A DNA stretch of 64,000 bases from Selaginella moellendorffii (Eukaryota; Plantae; Lycopodiophyta): positions 62,001 to 126,000 of the forward strand of contig NW_003314284.1 of assembly GCF_000143415.4 (NCBI RefSeq), read 5' to 3'. Positions 1-12,731 of this stretch are shown here, one piece after another (the first letter of the stretch is position 1; every line of letters starts with the position of its first letter). The notes under the pieces were generated by a model. It had not been told where the DNA came from. It saw only the letters and a list, made by a program, of their open reading frames with translations, and did not search any database. The position numbers and the translations under genes are program-made.

Positions 1-1309
1 GAGTAGAGCATGATCGCCGGAAGTAATAAAAGAGGAGTTGATATACATTGCGACTCAGCCTCGTACAATACCACGCTGCTACTGACCTGAGCAGCATGCT
101 CTCATTGTAGAGCCGGCAGAACGAGGGGTAAATAAAGATTTCCTTGTTGGAGATCTGAGTTATGAGAGGTCTCTCTCTCTCTTTTCGTGGTTTAGTTCTA
201 AGTTTCGTTCTTCTGTAGACTATCGAGAATGCCATAAGAATGGAAGCTCGTATGCAGAAACAAGGATTCAAACACAGAGATGTTGTCCAATCAAATCAAA
301 GAAATTGTTTAATGAGCGATCTTGATCTGGAGGAGGGGGTTAATTATGGACCAAAGAGATGGCGGATGGACCATATCAGCAGCTACTCGCAGTTGGCAGC
401 GAAGTCATTACATGCTCGGGGACTGGACGCCAAGCAGGCGGTCTTCTGCTTAGATGCTATCTTCGTGGATGGGAAGACCGAGCAGCTGGAACTGTGCCAA
501 GTTTCCCCAGCTCGAAGGCTTCGATGATGCAGCTCTACGACCAAGAGAGGCTGCGTTGTGTTTGATTCGATGCTGTCGGGCCTCGTCGCGCTGGTGTGGC
601 GGATTTGGAAGCTCAACGGGCAGCCCCTCGCGCCACTCCGCTTCGTCATGGACGATTGAAGGTGGTGGTGGGAGAAAAACTTGTGCACAGTGGTAGCAAC
701 AGCATAATACTGTCGTGCCGGGTGAGTGATGTCGAGCGTCACTCGTCGGTACTCGAGGAATCTTTCTACGATGCGCTCGAGAACGTGGATGGGATTCGAC
801 GCAAGGAAACAGTGGCAGTGTTCTTGGCGCTGGAACTCTGTTCTATGATTTCAACTTATCTTGTTACAGGGATGATTTGCAAAGCTCGTCATCCTTTAGG
901 ACGACGACGTTATCAGGCTTGATATCACGAGAGCTCATGCAAACTTCGCAGCGAATTCCCCCGCCCTGTCGCCTCTATCTTGATGCTAAGAAGTCAGTGG
1001 AGTTCCAAACCCCGCAAGCCGAACAAAACGCAGGGCACGCTTATGTTTATGTCTCCACGGCTGCAAGAACTTGGCGGAGGGTATGAAGAGTTGGATGATT
1101 GGATGTGACTTTCACGTACCTGACTACCAAGTTGGCTTCATTAAAGAAGTTGGTCAATGCGGCTTGGGTGCCTCAAAGAACGTGTCTTGGCTTGGCTAGA
1201 AGATCTAGACAGTGAAACTGAAGAGTAATATATAATGCATTTTTATTGATTTTTTCATTTAAAAATAAATATTTCCCATTTTCTTCTCTTTCCAGGCAAT
1301 GAGAATGCT

Positions 1310-2492
1310 TTACTCTTTGAAGAAGCGTATGAGCAACGAGTTCACTTCCTTAGGTGAGTCTTCCTCCACAAAATGGCCACCGGGAACAATAGCAACGTCG
1401 ACGAGGTTGGGGACGTCTCGCTTCATTCCACCGCCGGTCACGTACTCGTCCAGCCCCGGGAACTTGCGCACATAGTCATCTTTGCCGGTGATGTAGAGGC
1501 AGCGGCTCGTCACTGGCATGCTGATCCAGGGAGCCATGAGCTCAAACTTCCTGCGCCAAAAATCCAACAAACTCGATCCAGCAAAGGGATAGATTTCCTA
1601 GTTGCAAACCTCATGCGGTCGCGATACGTGAAGCGCAGCGGGCACTCGAAGCCGGACTTGTCGTAGAGCTCGGACTGGACTTTGATGAACTCTTCGGTGA
1701 GCCAGCTCGGGATGGGGTCCGAGGTGGTGACCAAGTCCATGATCTCCTCGTCGGGCCCGGCGATCTGGAGCTCGGACCGGCAAAAGAGTGTGTAGATGTT
1801 CTTGAGCACGGTGGCCGTGTCAAATCGAGCGAAGTCTTTCTCGGCTCTCCCAGGTACCTGGAAAGAATTTTCTAGAGCTGTGAACAAAAGTGATTCACAG
1901 ACGTACACCAAAGCGATTCACGTAGAATCCTTCTTCCTGGGGAAATCCAAAAGTTGGAGCTCCTCCGGCTCGCACGAAAGGACCTCCAAGCGAAGCATAA
2001 GCTCTCACGAGATCCGGCCTCATGCGACACAAGTTCCATCCTGTGGATGTTCCAATGTCATGACCCACGACGAACACCTGCGATCGAGGGAGGATTTGGA
2101 AAACTAGGAGGCTAGAAAATCATCACGTACCGGGTCTCCTCCGAGAGCATAGATGAGACCCACGATATCTCCCACGAGATCCAGAGGCGTGAGCTTGAAG
2201 TTGCCGGATGAATCCCTGGGACACTCGGTACCAAAGCCTCGCAAGTCTGGAGCAACGGCGTGGAAACCAGCGTCCGCCAGCGCCTTGAGTTGGAACCTCC
2301 ATGTATACCACGTCTCGGGGAACCCATGGAGCAGCACCACAGTCGGCCCTCCTGGTCGATCATCGTCGCAAAATCATCTTTTTTTCCTTCATTCTTCTGC
2401 GTTTTTGTCATTGCCTTACCTGATCCCATCTCTGCTATATGCATCTTGATGCCATTTGTGTCGATCAAGCGATGCGCTGCCCCTTCCGCCAT
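1310..2492 (-). CDS. Soluble epoxide hydrolase (alpha/beta hydrolase), copy 1, 5 exons
   Basis: Spliced product MAEGAAHRLIDTNGIKMHIAEMG...VVLLHGFPETWYTWR...APDLRG...GHDIG (nucleophile Asp)...EEGFY...FTYR...GKDD...GGHFVEEDSPKEVNSLLIRFFKE*. GT-AG introns join the ORF pieces. Confidence 0.92.
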
Positions 2493-2696
2493 AGCCCGTG
2501 AAGAATGCAAGAATTCTTTGCTCTAAGATTCCTCTCCAAGTCAAAACAAGATCTTATAAAAAACCGGCCATGACCAACTTACATTCAAACTCTGGAACAA
2601 AGGAACAATCCTTTCTTTTCTATGTCCAGATAGTACCACTGGTTCTTCTTGGTTCTTGGTTTTGTTGTTTCTGGTTTCTATGGAACTTTCCAGTTT

Positions 2697-4298
2697 ATGG
2701 ACTCCTGCTCTTCCATCCAGGCCTTTGCGGGATTCATACGTTCTTGCCGAAACTCCAGCGATCTTGACGAGATAAGAGCCAGACTGAGTCGCAGTGGGCA
2801 CTGCCGCGATCGCTACCTCGCCAATCTCATCATCCAAAAGTATGGAGATTGTGGGAACCTGCGAGGCGCTTCCGGGATCTTCGATGGCTTGGAAAAACCC
2901 AATCAATTCTCGTGGAACATCTTGCTGGGAGCGTATGTGGCTAATCAAGATATTCACGCGGCGAAAGCGGTGTTTGAGACGATGCCCAAGAGGGATACGG
3001 TCTCGTGGAATACGATGCTCTCAGCGTATGCCCAAAGCGGGTATATGGATCAGGCCAAGAACGTGTTTGATTTGATGACTGAGAGAGACCTCTTCTCGTG
3101 GAACATCATTATCAAGGGGTTTGTGGATATCGGAAAGATTGAGCTTGCGAAGAGCATCTTTGCGGAAATGCCAGACCGGGATGCAATCTCGTGGAACACA
3201 CTTCTTGCAGCACTTGCCCGTGGAGGGCATTTTGAAGAAGCAAAACTCTGCTTTGAAGGGATGCCTCAGCAAGACGTGTTTGCAAGAAACACAATGATCA
3301 TATTATTTGTAAGGGAAGACAATCTCTCGCAAGCAAAGCACCTATTTGACCAAATGCCGTACAGGAACCTTGTGTCGTGGGCCGGGCTTTTACACGCATA
3401 TGCCTATAACGGGCATCTGGACGATGCGACGCGGTGTTTTGAGAATATGCCCGAGAGGAGTATCGTTTCCTGTACGGTGATGATCCAGGCGTACGGGAAT
3501 AAGGGGCTACTCGAGCACGCTAAAGTGATCTTTGATGGTATGCCGGAGCTGGACGCTGTGTCGTGCACCGCGATGCTGGGCGCGTTTGCGGAGAAATCTC
3601 TTGTCACCGACGCCTTGCAGATCTTTCATTCCATCCGCGATTCGCCAGTCGCGTCTTGGAACGCGATTGTTACCACGCTTGCCCGGGATGGGCAACTGGG
3701 TGTCGCGAAGGATGTGTTTGATTCCATCCCCGCCCCGGACGTGATCTCCTGGACGAGCCTCGCGGATGGATTCGCAAAGAATGGCGAGATCTCGCGAGCG
3801 AAGGAGCTCTTTGATCGGATGCCCGAGAGAAACAGCGTGTCCTGGAACGCGATGCTTGATGGATTCGCCTCGAATGGGCGATTCGGGGAGTCTGTGGAGC
3901 TCCTCTGGGCGATGAGTGCCGAGGGATTCATCGTGGATGAGGGATCTTTCACGAGCATCCTCAGTGCGTGCGCGAGATCCGGAAGCGTCGAGAGGACCTG
4001 CCAGTGGCTGCGCTCGATGGGCAGCGATTACGCCCTGGCGGCTCGAGTGGAGCACTACAGTGCCGTGATCGATGCGCTCGGGAAGAGTGGGGCAGGATTG
4101 AAGCTAGCCGAGGAAATGCTGCTTGCAAATCCTCTCGCGATCGATATCGATGTCGTGGCGTGGAGATCGCTGCTGGGATCGTCCGTGGCGCACCGCAGTG
4201 GATCGATTGGGGCTCGAGCGGGGAACAAGGCGGTGTCCCTGGAGCCCGCGAATGGCGCGGCCTATGTTCTAGGCTCTTGTCTAGCGTCCATTGAATAG
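2697..4298 (+). CDS. PLS-class pentatricopeptide repeat protein with E-like end, no DYW
   Basis: Intronless ORF with ~31-aa repeats (FxxMPxRxxxSWN) and EHYSAVIDALG...VAWRSLL...AYVL at the C-terminus. First ATG at 2697. Confidence 0.93.
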   Translation: MDSCSSIQAFAGFIRSCRNSSDLDEIRARLSRSGHCRDRYLANLIIQKYGDCGNLRGASGIFDGLEKPNQFSWNILLGAYVANQDIHAAKAVFETMPKRDTVSWNTMLSAYAQSGYMDQAKNVFDLMTERDLFSWNIIIKGFVDIGKIELAKSIFAEMPDRDAISWNTLLAALARGGHFEEAKLCFEGMPQQDVFARNTMIILFVREDNLSQAKHLFDQMPYRNLVSWAGLLHAYAYNGHLDDATRCFENMPERSIVSCTVMIQAYGNKGLLEHAKVIFDGMPELDAVSCTAMLGAFAEKSLVTDALQIFHSIRDSPVASWNAIVTTLARDGQLGVAKDVFDSIPAPDVISWTSLADGFAKNGEISRAKELFDRMPERNSVSWNAMLDGFASNGRFGESVELLWAMSAEGFIVDEGSFTSILSACARSGSVERTCQWLRSMGSDYALAARVEHYSAVIDALGKSGAGLKLAEEMLLANPLAIDIDVVAWRSLLGSSVAHRSGSIGARAGNKAVSLEPANGAAYVLGSCLASIE

Positions 4299-4469
4299 AT
4301 TTTTTCCCGCGAGGAATTTCCCGCGCTACCTGGTCTTTACTCCATTTTAGGGTTCTTGGAGGGGATTTGTAGGTTATCTATTGCCCGCGCGATCGCTGCG
4401 GTCGCCCGGGAGACGGCGCTGGGGTAGCCTTGATCGGCATTCTTGGAGTTCTTGGAGCTGGACAAGGTA

Positions 4470-7400
4470 ATGGGAATTTCTGGGCCTTCTCCGCCGGCAA
4501 GTCGCATTGACAACGAAAGTTTTCGCGCTCTCCGGGATGTCCTTGGCAGCGATGTGTGCGACATGGATCTCGTTCACGCGCTACACTTGTCGAGGAACGA
4601 TCTCCAAATGGCCGCGCACATTGTGCTTGAGACTCCGGGTTTTAGAAATAGGAAGAAGCAGGGTGCGGTTTCTTCGACAAACAGTGCCAAGGCGAGGAGC
4701 CCCAGCGTTGGGAAATCGTCGATGACAGGGAGCTCTACCGTGACAACGAACTCTGCGGCAAAACCTTCCAGTGGATCGCCAAGAACTCCCGCAAAAGCTG
4801 AGGCTGGTAGGACAACAATGAGTGCCGAGGTGAGCACTGATAGCGGAACAGGAAACTTAGATGATTCGGGAGTAGAAAATGGAGGCAACGAAGTAGATAG
4901 TGAAGCCAACGATGGTAAGGTTGGAGGAGGGACCAAAAAGAGAAAGGCTGAAGGAGCAAAGAATGCCGAGGTGAAGGAAACAGATGCCAAGGCGGTCGAG
5001 AGCTCCGGTGAGGCTGCCAGGGGAGATGGCGAGTCTGTTTCTAGCGCCTTAGCAGGGCTTTCGATCGGAGATTGTCCCTTGGATTCCCGAAAGCTCGCGA
5101 TAAAGCTAGATACTGTGGACGCTGGTTGTGATTCCGTGAGAGCTGAAGCTTCGGATTTTTCGGTGAAGATCGAAGCTCGTTGTGATGTAGATGGCTCGGT
5201 GAAGATGGAGACTGGTTTCGATTCTGCGAAAGTCGAAGCTTCAAATGGCTCAGTGAAGATGGAGAGTGGTTTGGATTCTGCGAAAGTCGAAGCTCCAAAT
5301 GGCTCAGTAAAGATGGAGAGTGGTTTGGATTCTGTGAAAGTCGAAGCTCCAAATGTCTCGCTGAAGATGGAACCGGGTTCTGTGAAAGTCGAAACTCCAG
5401 AAGATGGTAAAGCTGCCTATTCATCTGGAGCTAAGGTTGCTCCATTAACCTCTCCATTAGCCAGTTGTACAGAAAAGCACTCGGTTGTTTTAGATGCAGA
5501 GAGGTGGTGGCTCCTCGAAGAGACAGAAGTCGCTGGTTACTCGACTTCCAGAGGATCCCGAATTGGTGCTGGTGATTTCGTGTCCTTCAACTTTCCCAAG
5601 CCTGTAGCTGAAAGTAAGAAGAAGTCCTTCGAACACAAGAAGCCTTGGGCTCGGCAGAAAGCAAGCTCCGACATTGTAAGGTTCTCAACAAAAACTTCAG
5701 GAGAGGTACGTTTCACTCGTTATTTATTTTGATTCTAACTATTTGCACACAGATAGGACGGCTTCCAGCTGACTGGGCCAAGTGTCTAATACCTTTGGTT
5801 CGCTCGAATAAAATAAACATACTGGGGAGGTGCAAAATGGCACCAGAGGCACTCTCTCTTATGAGCAGCATAGTTCTCGATTTGAGGTAAAATGTTCTTA
5901 ATTTCCTGGAGAAGTTTGTGTATACCTACATGATGTGTTTGCAGAGTTTACATCAATAAGTCGTTATTTGTGAAATACAAGAGAACAGTATCGATTGAAG
6001 AGACAACTTTTCGCCCTCTTCCGTCGTTGATGGAGCTTTTAAAGATGACTCCTCTTAGAAAGGTACAACATCGTGTTGTTTTGGCCTTTGTTTATAACAT
6101 AGTTGCTGTCCAGGCCCAGTTTACGCCAGAAGATTTAAATGTCTACACTTGTCGACGTCCAGAGGTAGTTTTAAGCCTGATCATGTGTGAGACAATCTGC
6201 GACTTTTTTTTTAAACAGGAAGGGCCACCTTCAAAGCGTTCAAAAGTCGAGCAGAAGGATACTGAAGATATGCCCGATTCGGAGGTCGATCATGTGGTTG
6301 GCACCAGTGACAGTCGCGAACTGAAGGTACGCATATGTTTATTGTCATATTTTCCATGACTCAACATTCGACACACCAGGAAATGGAGGAACCTGAAGGT
6401 CTAGAATGCAAGCTGAGGCCTTACCAAAAGCAAGCTTTGTTTTGGATGTCTCAACTGGAAGATGGTGTCACTCAGGGAGACGCTGCTAAAGCTCTTCATC
6501 CTTGCTGGTCTGAATACCGTATTGCGGATAGGTATGATTCAACTTCGTGTCATGCTGGTTAGTCATCCCTTTTGCAGACGAGCCTCTTCTTTTTACGTGA
6601 ATTCTTTTTCTGGCGAGGCAACACTGGACTTTCCTAGCGCACTCCAGGCTTCAAGAGGAGGGGTATTTTGCTCGTCAAATCTGCTAATCGGTATCTTATG
6701 TTTCTATCAAATCAGATTCTCGCTGATGCTATGGGGCTTGGTAAAACGGTCATGACAATATCTCTTTTGCTCTGCAATCGCCGCAAAGGATGTAATACCT
6801 CTCAGGTGCAGCCAACAGTGGGAAAAACGAAGTCCTTTAAAAGTTCAAGTGTTCCAAAGGAGGGTGGCACTCTTATAATCTGTCCCATGACTTTGCTTAG
6901 TCAATGGCGGGTACGTGTTTTTTCATTGATGTGTATTTGAATTTTTTAAACCTGTGCTTGCAGTCAGAGCTTGAAACGCACGTATCTTCTGGCACTTTCT
7001 CTGTTTATGCTTATTATGGACCTGATAGATCAAGAGATTCCAAAACTCTCTCTAAGTACGATGTTGTCCTGACTACCTATGGCGTTGTTCAGTCGGAATG
7101 CAACAATGTAAGTTAGTAATTCAAAGCAGAATTTCTCACTCACGGTGTTTTGTAGAGCGGAGACGACGGACCAATCCATAACGTGAATTGGTTTAGAGTT
7201 GTATTAGACGAGGCTCATTCTATCAAGGCAAATAAGTCTCGCGTTGCTCAGGCTGTTTTCAAGCTTGTGGCAGACCGCAGATTGTGCCTGACTGGGACTC
7301 CTGTGCAAGTAAGAACCTTTTCTATATGTTTTAGCTAACTAGCATTTTTTTTCTAATGCAGAACAAGCTCGAGGATATGTACAGTCTTTTCCATTTTCTC

Positions 7401-9122
7401 CGGGTTGAACCGTGGTGCAACTGGGGATGGTATCAGCCCTTCACAGTTTCTATAATGTTTCTGAAACATGTCATCTTTTCAGGTGGTATAAGCTAATTCA
7501 GAAGCCTTACGAAGAGGGGGATGAGCGCGGATTGAAACTTCTGCAGGCTATTTTGAAGCCTTTAATGCTTCGGAGAACAAAAGATTCAACTGACAAAGAA
7601 GGAAGGTAGACATTTTGTTTTCCCACCGTGCATTGTCTTGTATTCACTCATGAGTTGAATTCACAGGCCAATTCTTGTGCTCCCACCAGCTCAATGTGAA
7701 GTTATTGAATGCAACCTATCCGAGTCTGAGCGTGATTTTTATGATGCCCTTTACCACAGATCCAAGGCAGGAAGAAAAACTCATCTATTTTTCTTTCATT
7801 GCTGAACACCTTTTTCTTTATGTGATCAGGTAAAATTCGATCAGTTCGTTCAAGAAGGTAAAGTTCTTCATAACTATGCGTCAATACTCGAACTCCTACT
7901 TCGATTACGGCAAGCTTGTGATCATCCTTTTCTTGTTCTGAGGTAGAAAATGCGTCGTCTTCTGTACACACTTTCTGAAGTTTTCTTCGTTGCGCAGCCG
8001 TGGCGACACTGAAGACTACGCGGACCTTGGAAAGTTGGCTAGACGTTTCTTGGACAAGAACTCCTCCCAGGTCCCTTCGACGGCTTATGTGAAAGAAGTG
8101 GTTGATGATATTCGTAAAGGGGACACTGCTGAATGTCCAATTTGCTTGGAAATGCCAGAGGACGCAGTTCTTACACCATGTGCTCACCAAATGTGCCGTG
8201 AGTGCCTATTTAATAGCTGGCGTACTAGCGCCGGAGGTCCCTGTCCAATATGCAGGTAAGTTTTTTCTTTCTTTTCGCAAGCTCTCCTTCTTTATCCATG
8301 GCTGTCATGCAGGCGTTCTTGTACTAAACAGGAACTTATAACTGTACCTACGAGTAACCGGTTCCGAGTAAATGTCGAGGAACAGTGGAAGGAGTCGTCC
8401 AAAGTCGAGGCCCTTCTGCAGCAGCTGGAAACGTTGCGTGAGTCGAAAAGCGTTGTTTTTAGTCAGTGGACAGCGTTTCTCGACTTGCTAGAGATACCAT
8501 TGAAACGGTACGAGCCCGTGGTCGTCTTTCCTTTGGAGCTTTCGCTTTGTTCGTGTTTCTAACAATGCACTTCCAGGAAGAACTTCCGTTTTGTCCGCTT
8601 GGACGGAACATTGTCGCAGCATAAGCGAGAACAAGTGCTGAAAGACTTCAGCAATATTCCAGACGTGGCCGTAAGCTTTTCATTGCTCGCCTCTCGACAC
8701 ACGGACTGACTCTACTCTCGACAGGTCATGCTCATTTCTCTCAAGGCAGGAGGCGTGGGACTCAACCTGACGGCCGCATCGAACGCTTTTCTCATGGTTC
8801 GCTATAGTTTCGTTTTGCCATCGTCAGAATTGACACTCCGCCTTCCAGGATCCTTGGTGGAATCCTGCCGTGGAAGAACAAGCCATAATGAGAATCCACC
8901 GTATCGGCCAGACTCAAAACGTATCGATCAAGCGATTCATCGTCAAAGTAAGTTTCCATTTCCTCCTGAAACGCTTGAAATTCTTAGGGAGTTTCACAGG
9001 ACTCGGTGGAGGAGAGAATGCAACAAGTCCAAGCGAGGAAGCAGCGATTGATCGCCGGAGCTCTTACAGACGAAGAGGTGCGAAGCGCTCGAATCGAGGA
9101 GCTCAAGATGCTATTTAGATGA
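4470..9122 (+). CDS. RAD5: RAD5-like SNF2 helicase / RING E3 ligase (UBA-like N-terminus, HIRAN, SNF2 ATPase, RING, helicase C), multi-exon
   Basis: HIRAN ([22 protein letters not shown]), [35 protein letters not shown]...[10 protein letters not shown]...[33 protein letters not shown]; ends [10 protein letters not shown]. Confidence 0.93.
5150..5400 (+). repeat. In-frame ~54-bp tandem repeat in RAD5 exon 1 ([18 protein letters not shown], about 4-5 units)
   Basis: Repeated ggctcagtgaagatggagagtggtttggattctgcgaaagtcgaagctccaaat units. Confidence 0.9.
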
Positions 9123-9672
9123 GAAGAAAGAACACAAGAGGAAGTCTGCGCATTGTTTAACTTACCAAAGTTTTGTTAATATACATAGAAATGGGAATAT
9201 CATAGCATAGCGTGGCATATTCTTCGGATAGTTCAATGAATGAATGTGTCATAGGCTATGGATATAGGTGCTTTGGCTAGGGTACAAGCATTTCTAGGTT
9301 TCTTCGCGGCTATGGCGGACAGGGGAGGAGCAGGCAATAGCGTCGCAAGCACGTTTTATTCCGGCAGCGCCGGCGATGAGCCAGGTATGCATGCTAGAAT
9401 CGCCTCGAGAAGCAGCAGCAGCGCCAGCGCCGGCGCCGCGCCGCGATTTCGCTGGCCTAGAGCCGGAGTAGCCGATCTAGATTCATGCAAGCATAGGATC
9501 TCTCGGAAATTGAGCTGAACGCTGAGGCTTTGCAGGCGATCGTGTGGATTTCTCTCATCTCCGCGGCCGGGGCAGCTAGAAAATAGGGGCGCATTCGAGA
9601 GTTTCGGGATTTCTGGGGCGATCAGTCATGTAGCGGGCGGTGATTCTCTGACTGGGAGCGTGGAAGTCAGCC

Positions 9673-12600
9673 ATGACGTGGAATCCGCCACAAGTTCGTC
9701 CTCCAAACTTGTCCGCCTTGGTTGCCACTACGCAGTCCGAGGATGAACTGGGCCTGGACGTTTCTTCTCCCAGCGGCGATTTGCTACTCCATTTTCTCAA
9801 GAGCGGTGGGGGCGACGAGCAGCTGAGAAGCAGTAGCAGCGATTCCTGGCAGCTACAGGATCCAGCAGTCGCAGCTCACGGTCCCAGCCACAGCTTCGCT
9901 CCTCCTGGAGGATCTGGAGGAGGGGGAGGAGGAGGAGAGGTTCCTCCTCCACGACCACTCTACGTCCCGGCAATAAGATTTGGTGGGTGGTCACCTCACT
10001 TCCAGCAGCACCAAGACCCACTTTTTCCTTCGGATCCGTTCTTGACTCCGTCGGACCACGGATTTCTTCGCTCGTTTGCTCCGCTTCCAGTCGAGAGACC
10101 GTTCCACCCGCCAGTGCCGTATCCTTTTCCAAATGCTCCGACTTTCCAGGCTGCCGAGAATATGGTTCATCCGCCACATTCGTCTGGGGAGCTTAAAGTT
10201 CGTCCTGGTCCTGGCCTTCACTTTGGTTCTCCGGTTTTTGGACCGAGTGCTGCAGAGAGCTCGGACTCTAAACGCGCCGTGGAGCAGCCGAGAAGATCGG
10301 TTACACCTGTGAAGGATGACAAGCAGCAGTTCTACGGCAACGGTTCCGAGCTTCTTCAGTTGTTACAAGGTGGTCCTGGTCGTGTGAAGCCCACATCCTC
10401 GACAAAGCTGGATGCTACATCGGACAGTGGGGACTCTGGAGAGCCATCGAAGAAAGGAAGTCCATCTACACTTCACGGCCCCATAGGACCCCCGAGGCGT
10501 CAAATCATTTCTCCCCCGGAGAGTCCAAATGACATCCTTGGACGTATGTGGGCTGCTCCTCCCTCGTCGAGGCACGCATTGTTTGACGGAGAAGGCGAAC
10601 TCAAACCGTCAGCTAGCCACCGGAGTTTGAGTGCTGAAGTGAACGAGACGTCTGGAGAAGTTGATGGAGGTGGAGCGGCTGGTTTCTCACTTTTGAAGCG
10701 AAGAGGATCGGAGCCTGCCTCCTCGAGACAACCTTTGAACGGCTACGACTATGTCGACTCTAAGGCGAATGAAAAGCCGAGGACGAACTCAGCATCCGGA
10801 AGACTACAGGAATATCGTGGGAGATACGCGAATGGAGAGGCAGAATTTGAGCCAGGAAGCGATGACTTTCGAGGTGCGGGAAGGCGCCGAGGTACCGGCC
10901 GCACTGACGCCAGACGCGGTGGTCGGGGTTCTGCTGGCCAGTGGATTGCGGTAAATGAGAGGCAGATGAGAGATGCTGAGCCAAGTGACATCACCTCCTG
11001 CGATGTCTCTGATGCAAGGGACGAGTCGTTTAAATCTTCAAACGGGACTCACTCGAAGGCGAGGAGAAAACATCAACAGGAATGGAGAATAAAACAGGCC
11101 GACTCGAAGGCAGCATTTCCAGCGGAGAAGAAGCCAGACTACAAGTTTCCAAAGGCACGCTCGTTGGCTTCCCAACTTGAACATCCAGGTTTACCATCGG
11201 GAAGTACGCAAAACTCTTCAGTTGGGGCAGCTTTTGAGGAGTCCAAGCAGAGGCTCCATAATCTAGATGCTTTGGAAGAAGAAGACGTGACGGCTTCATT
11301 AGATCTCGAGGAGCTACAAATTGACGGTCACCGTCGAGAGGGTAAAGCTCCGCAGTTCTTTAAGGTATGTGCTTGCTTTCTGTGCAGCCTTTTCATTGAT
11401 TTGTATCTCTTTACAGCCAAAGGAGAACCGTTTCAGGGAGTCCAGGCGTGTCATTCCCATGCACAGACGTGATCTTCTTTACCGACTGGATTTGCAGAAT
11501 TTCACGCGTGAGCTTCTCTCCCTCTACGACGAACTTATACCGACCGAGGAAGAAGAGGTCCGGAGAAGGAAGTTCTTCTCAAAGCTTGAGTCCCTGTTCG
11601 AGAGGGAGCTCCCGGGAACACGCCTCTTTCTTTTCGGATCGTGTGTCAATGCGTTTGGAGTTTGTAACAGTGACATCGATGTTTGCCTCTCCGTTGATGA
11701 AGAAGAACCGAACAAGATCGAACTTGTGGTTCAAATGGCAACTATCCTCGAGTCAGATGCCATGTTAAACGTACAGGTCGGTTTCTTGCTTGTCTTTGTT
11801 CCCGCGCTATTAATCCGCTGTTCTTTTCATCTCTGCAGGCGTTGACGCATGCTAGAGTTCCGATAGTGAAGTTTACGGAGCCTGCAACTGGCATCTCTTG
11901 TGACATCTGTGTGAACAACACGCTGGCGGTCGTGAACTCGAAGTTACTGCACGACTACGCTCAAATCGACGTGCGTCTGAGACAACTAGCTTTCATGGTG
12001 AAGCACTGGGCTAAGAGACGACAAGTAAACGATACTTATCGCGGAACTCTCTCGAGTTATGCGTACGTATTGAGTTGTTTTCGCGGGAGTCATTCAGTAT
12101 TAAGCTATTCCTGTTCTGTTTTCCAGCTATGTGTTGATGTGTATACATTTTCTTCAGCAAAGGAGACCGCCGATACTCCCGTGTCTTCAGGTAAGCATGG
12201 CCCTTTCCTTGCTGTTTTTTTGTTTATAAACTCCCGCGTGGCTTGTGCCAGGAAATGCGACCCACGTATGAAGTGAAAGTGGGAAGCATCAGATGCGCGT
12301 ATTACGATCAAGTCGAGACGCTGCGTGACTTTGGAGCCGACAACAAGGAAACTTTGGGAGAACTACTGACTGCATTTTTTGATTATTGGGCTTGCCAACA
12401 CGACTACAACCACTCGGTTATATCCGTCCGAACTGGAGGATATCTCAGGTAAAACCAGTAAAAACTTCAGACGAAGTTCGTGATCTTGTCTTTCTTTCTG
12501 GTTTACAGCAAGAACGAGAAAGAGTGGACACGACGCATTGGCAACGAACGCCACCTCATCTGCATAGAGGACCCGTTCGAAGTGACGCACGATCTGGGCC

Positions 12601-12731
12601 GGGTTGTGGACAAGCACAGCATCAAGGCACTCCGTGCGGAATTCTCTCGAGCAGCAAACGTGATCGCCTTCGATTTCAATCCCTGGGCCACGCTGTTCGA
12701 GCCTTACATCCCATCAGAGAACACCCGGTGA
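9673..12731 (+). CDS. URT1: UTP:RNA uridylyltransferase (URT1-like TUTase)
   Basis: Long disordered N-terminus with LLxxL and DPAVAAxGP motifs; nucleotidyltransferase [46 protein letters not shown]. Confidence 0.88.

Noticed and set aside
1-1200. Short overlapping ORFs with coding-like composition
   Set aside because: No recognisable motif or consistent spliced frame; possibly a decayed gene, but no call can be supported.
5150-5400. Regularly spaced repeats resembling a CRISPR array
   Set aside because: No unique spacers; in-frame coding minisatellite in a eukaryotic gene.
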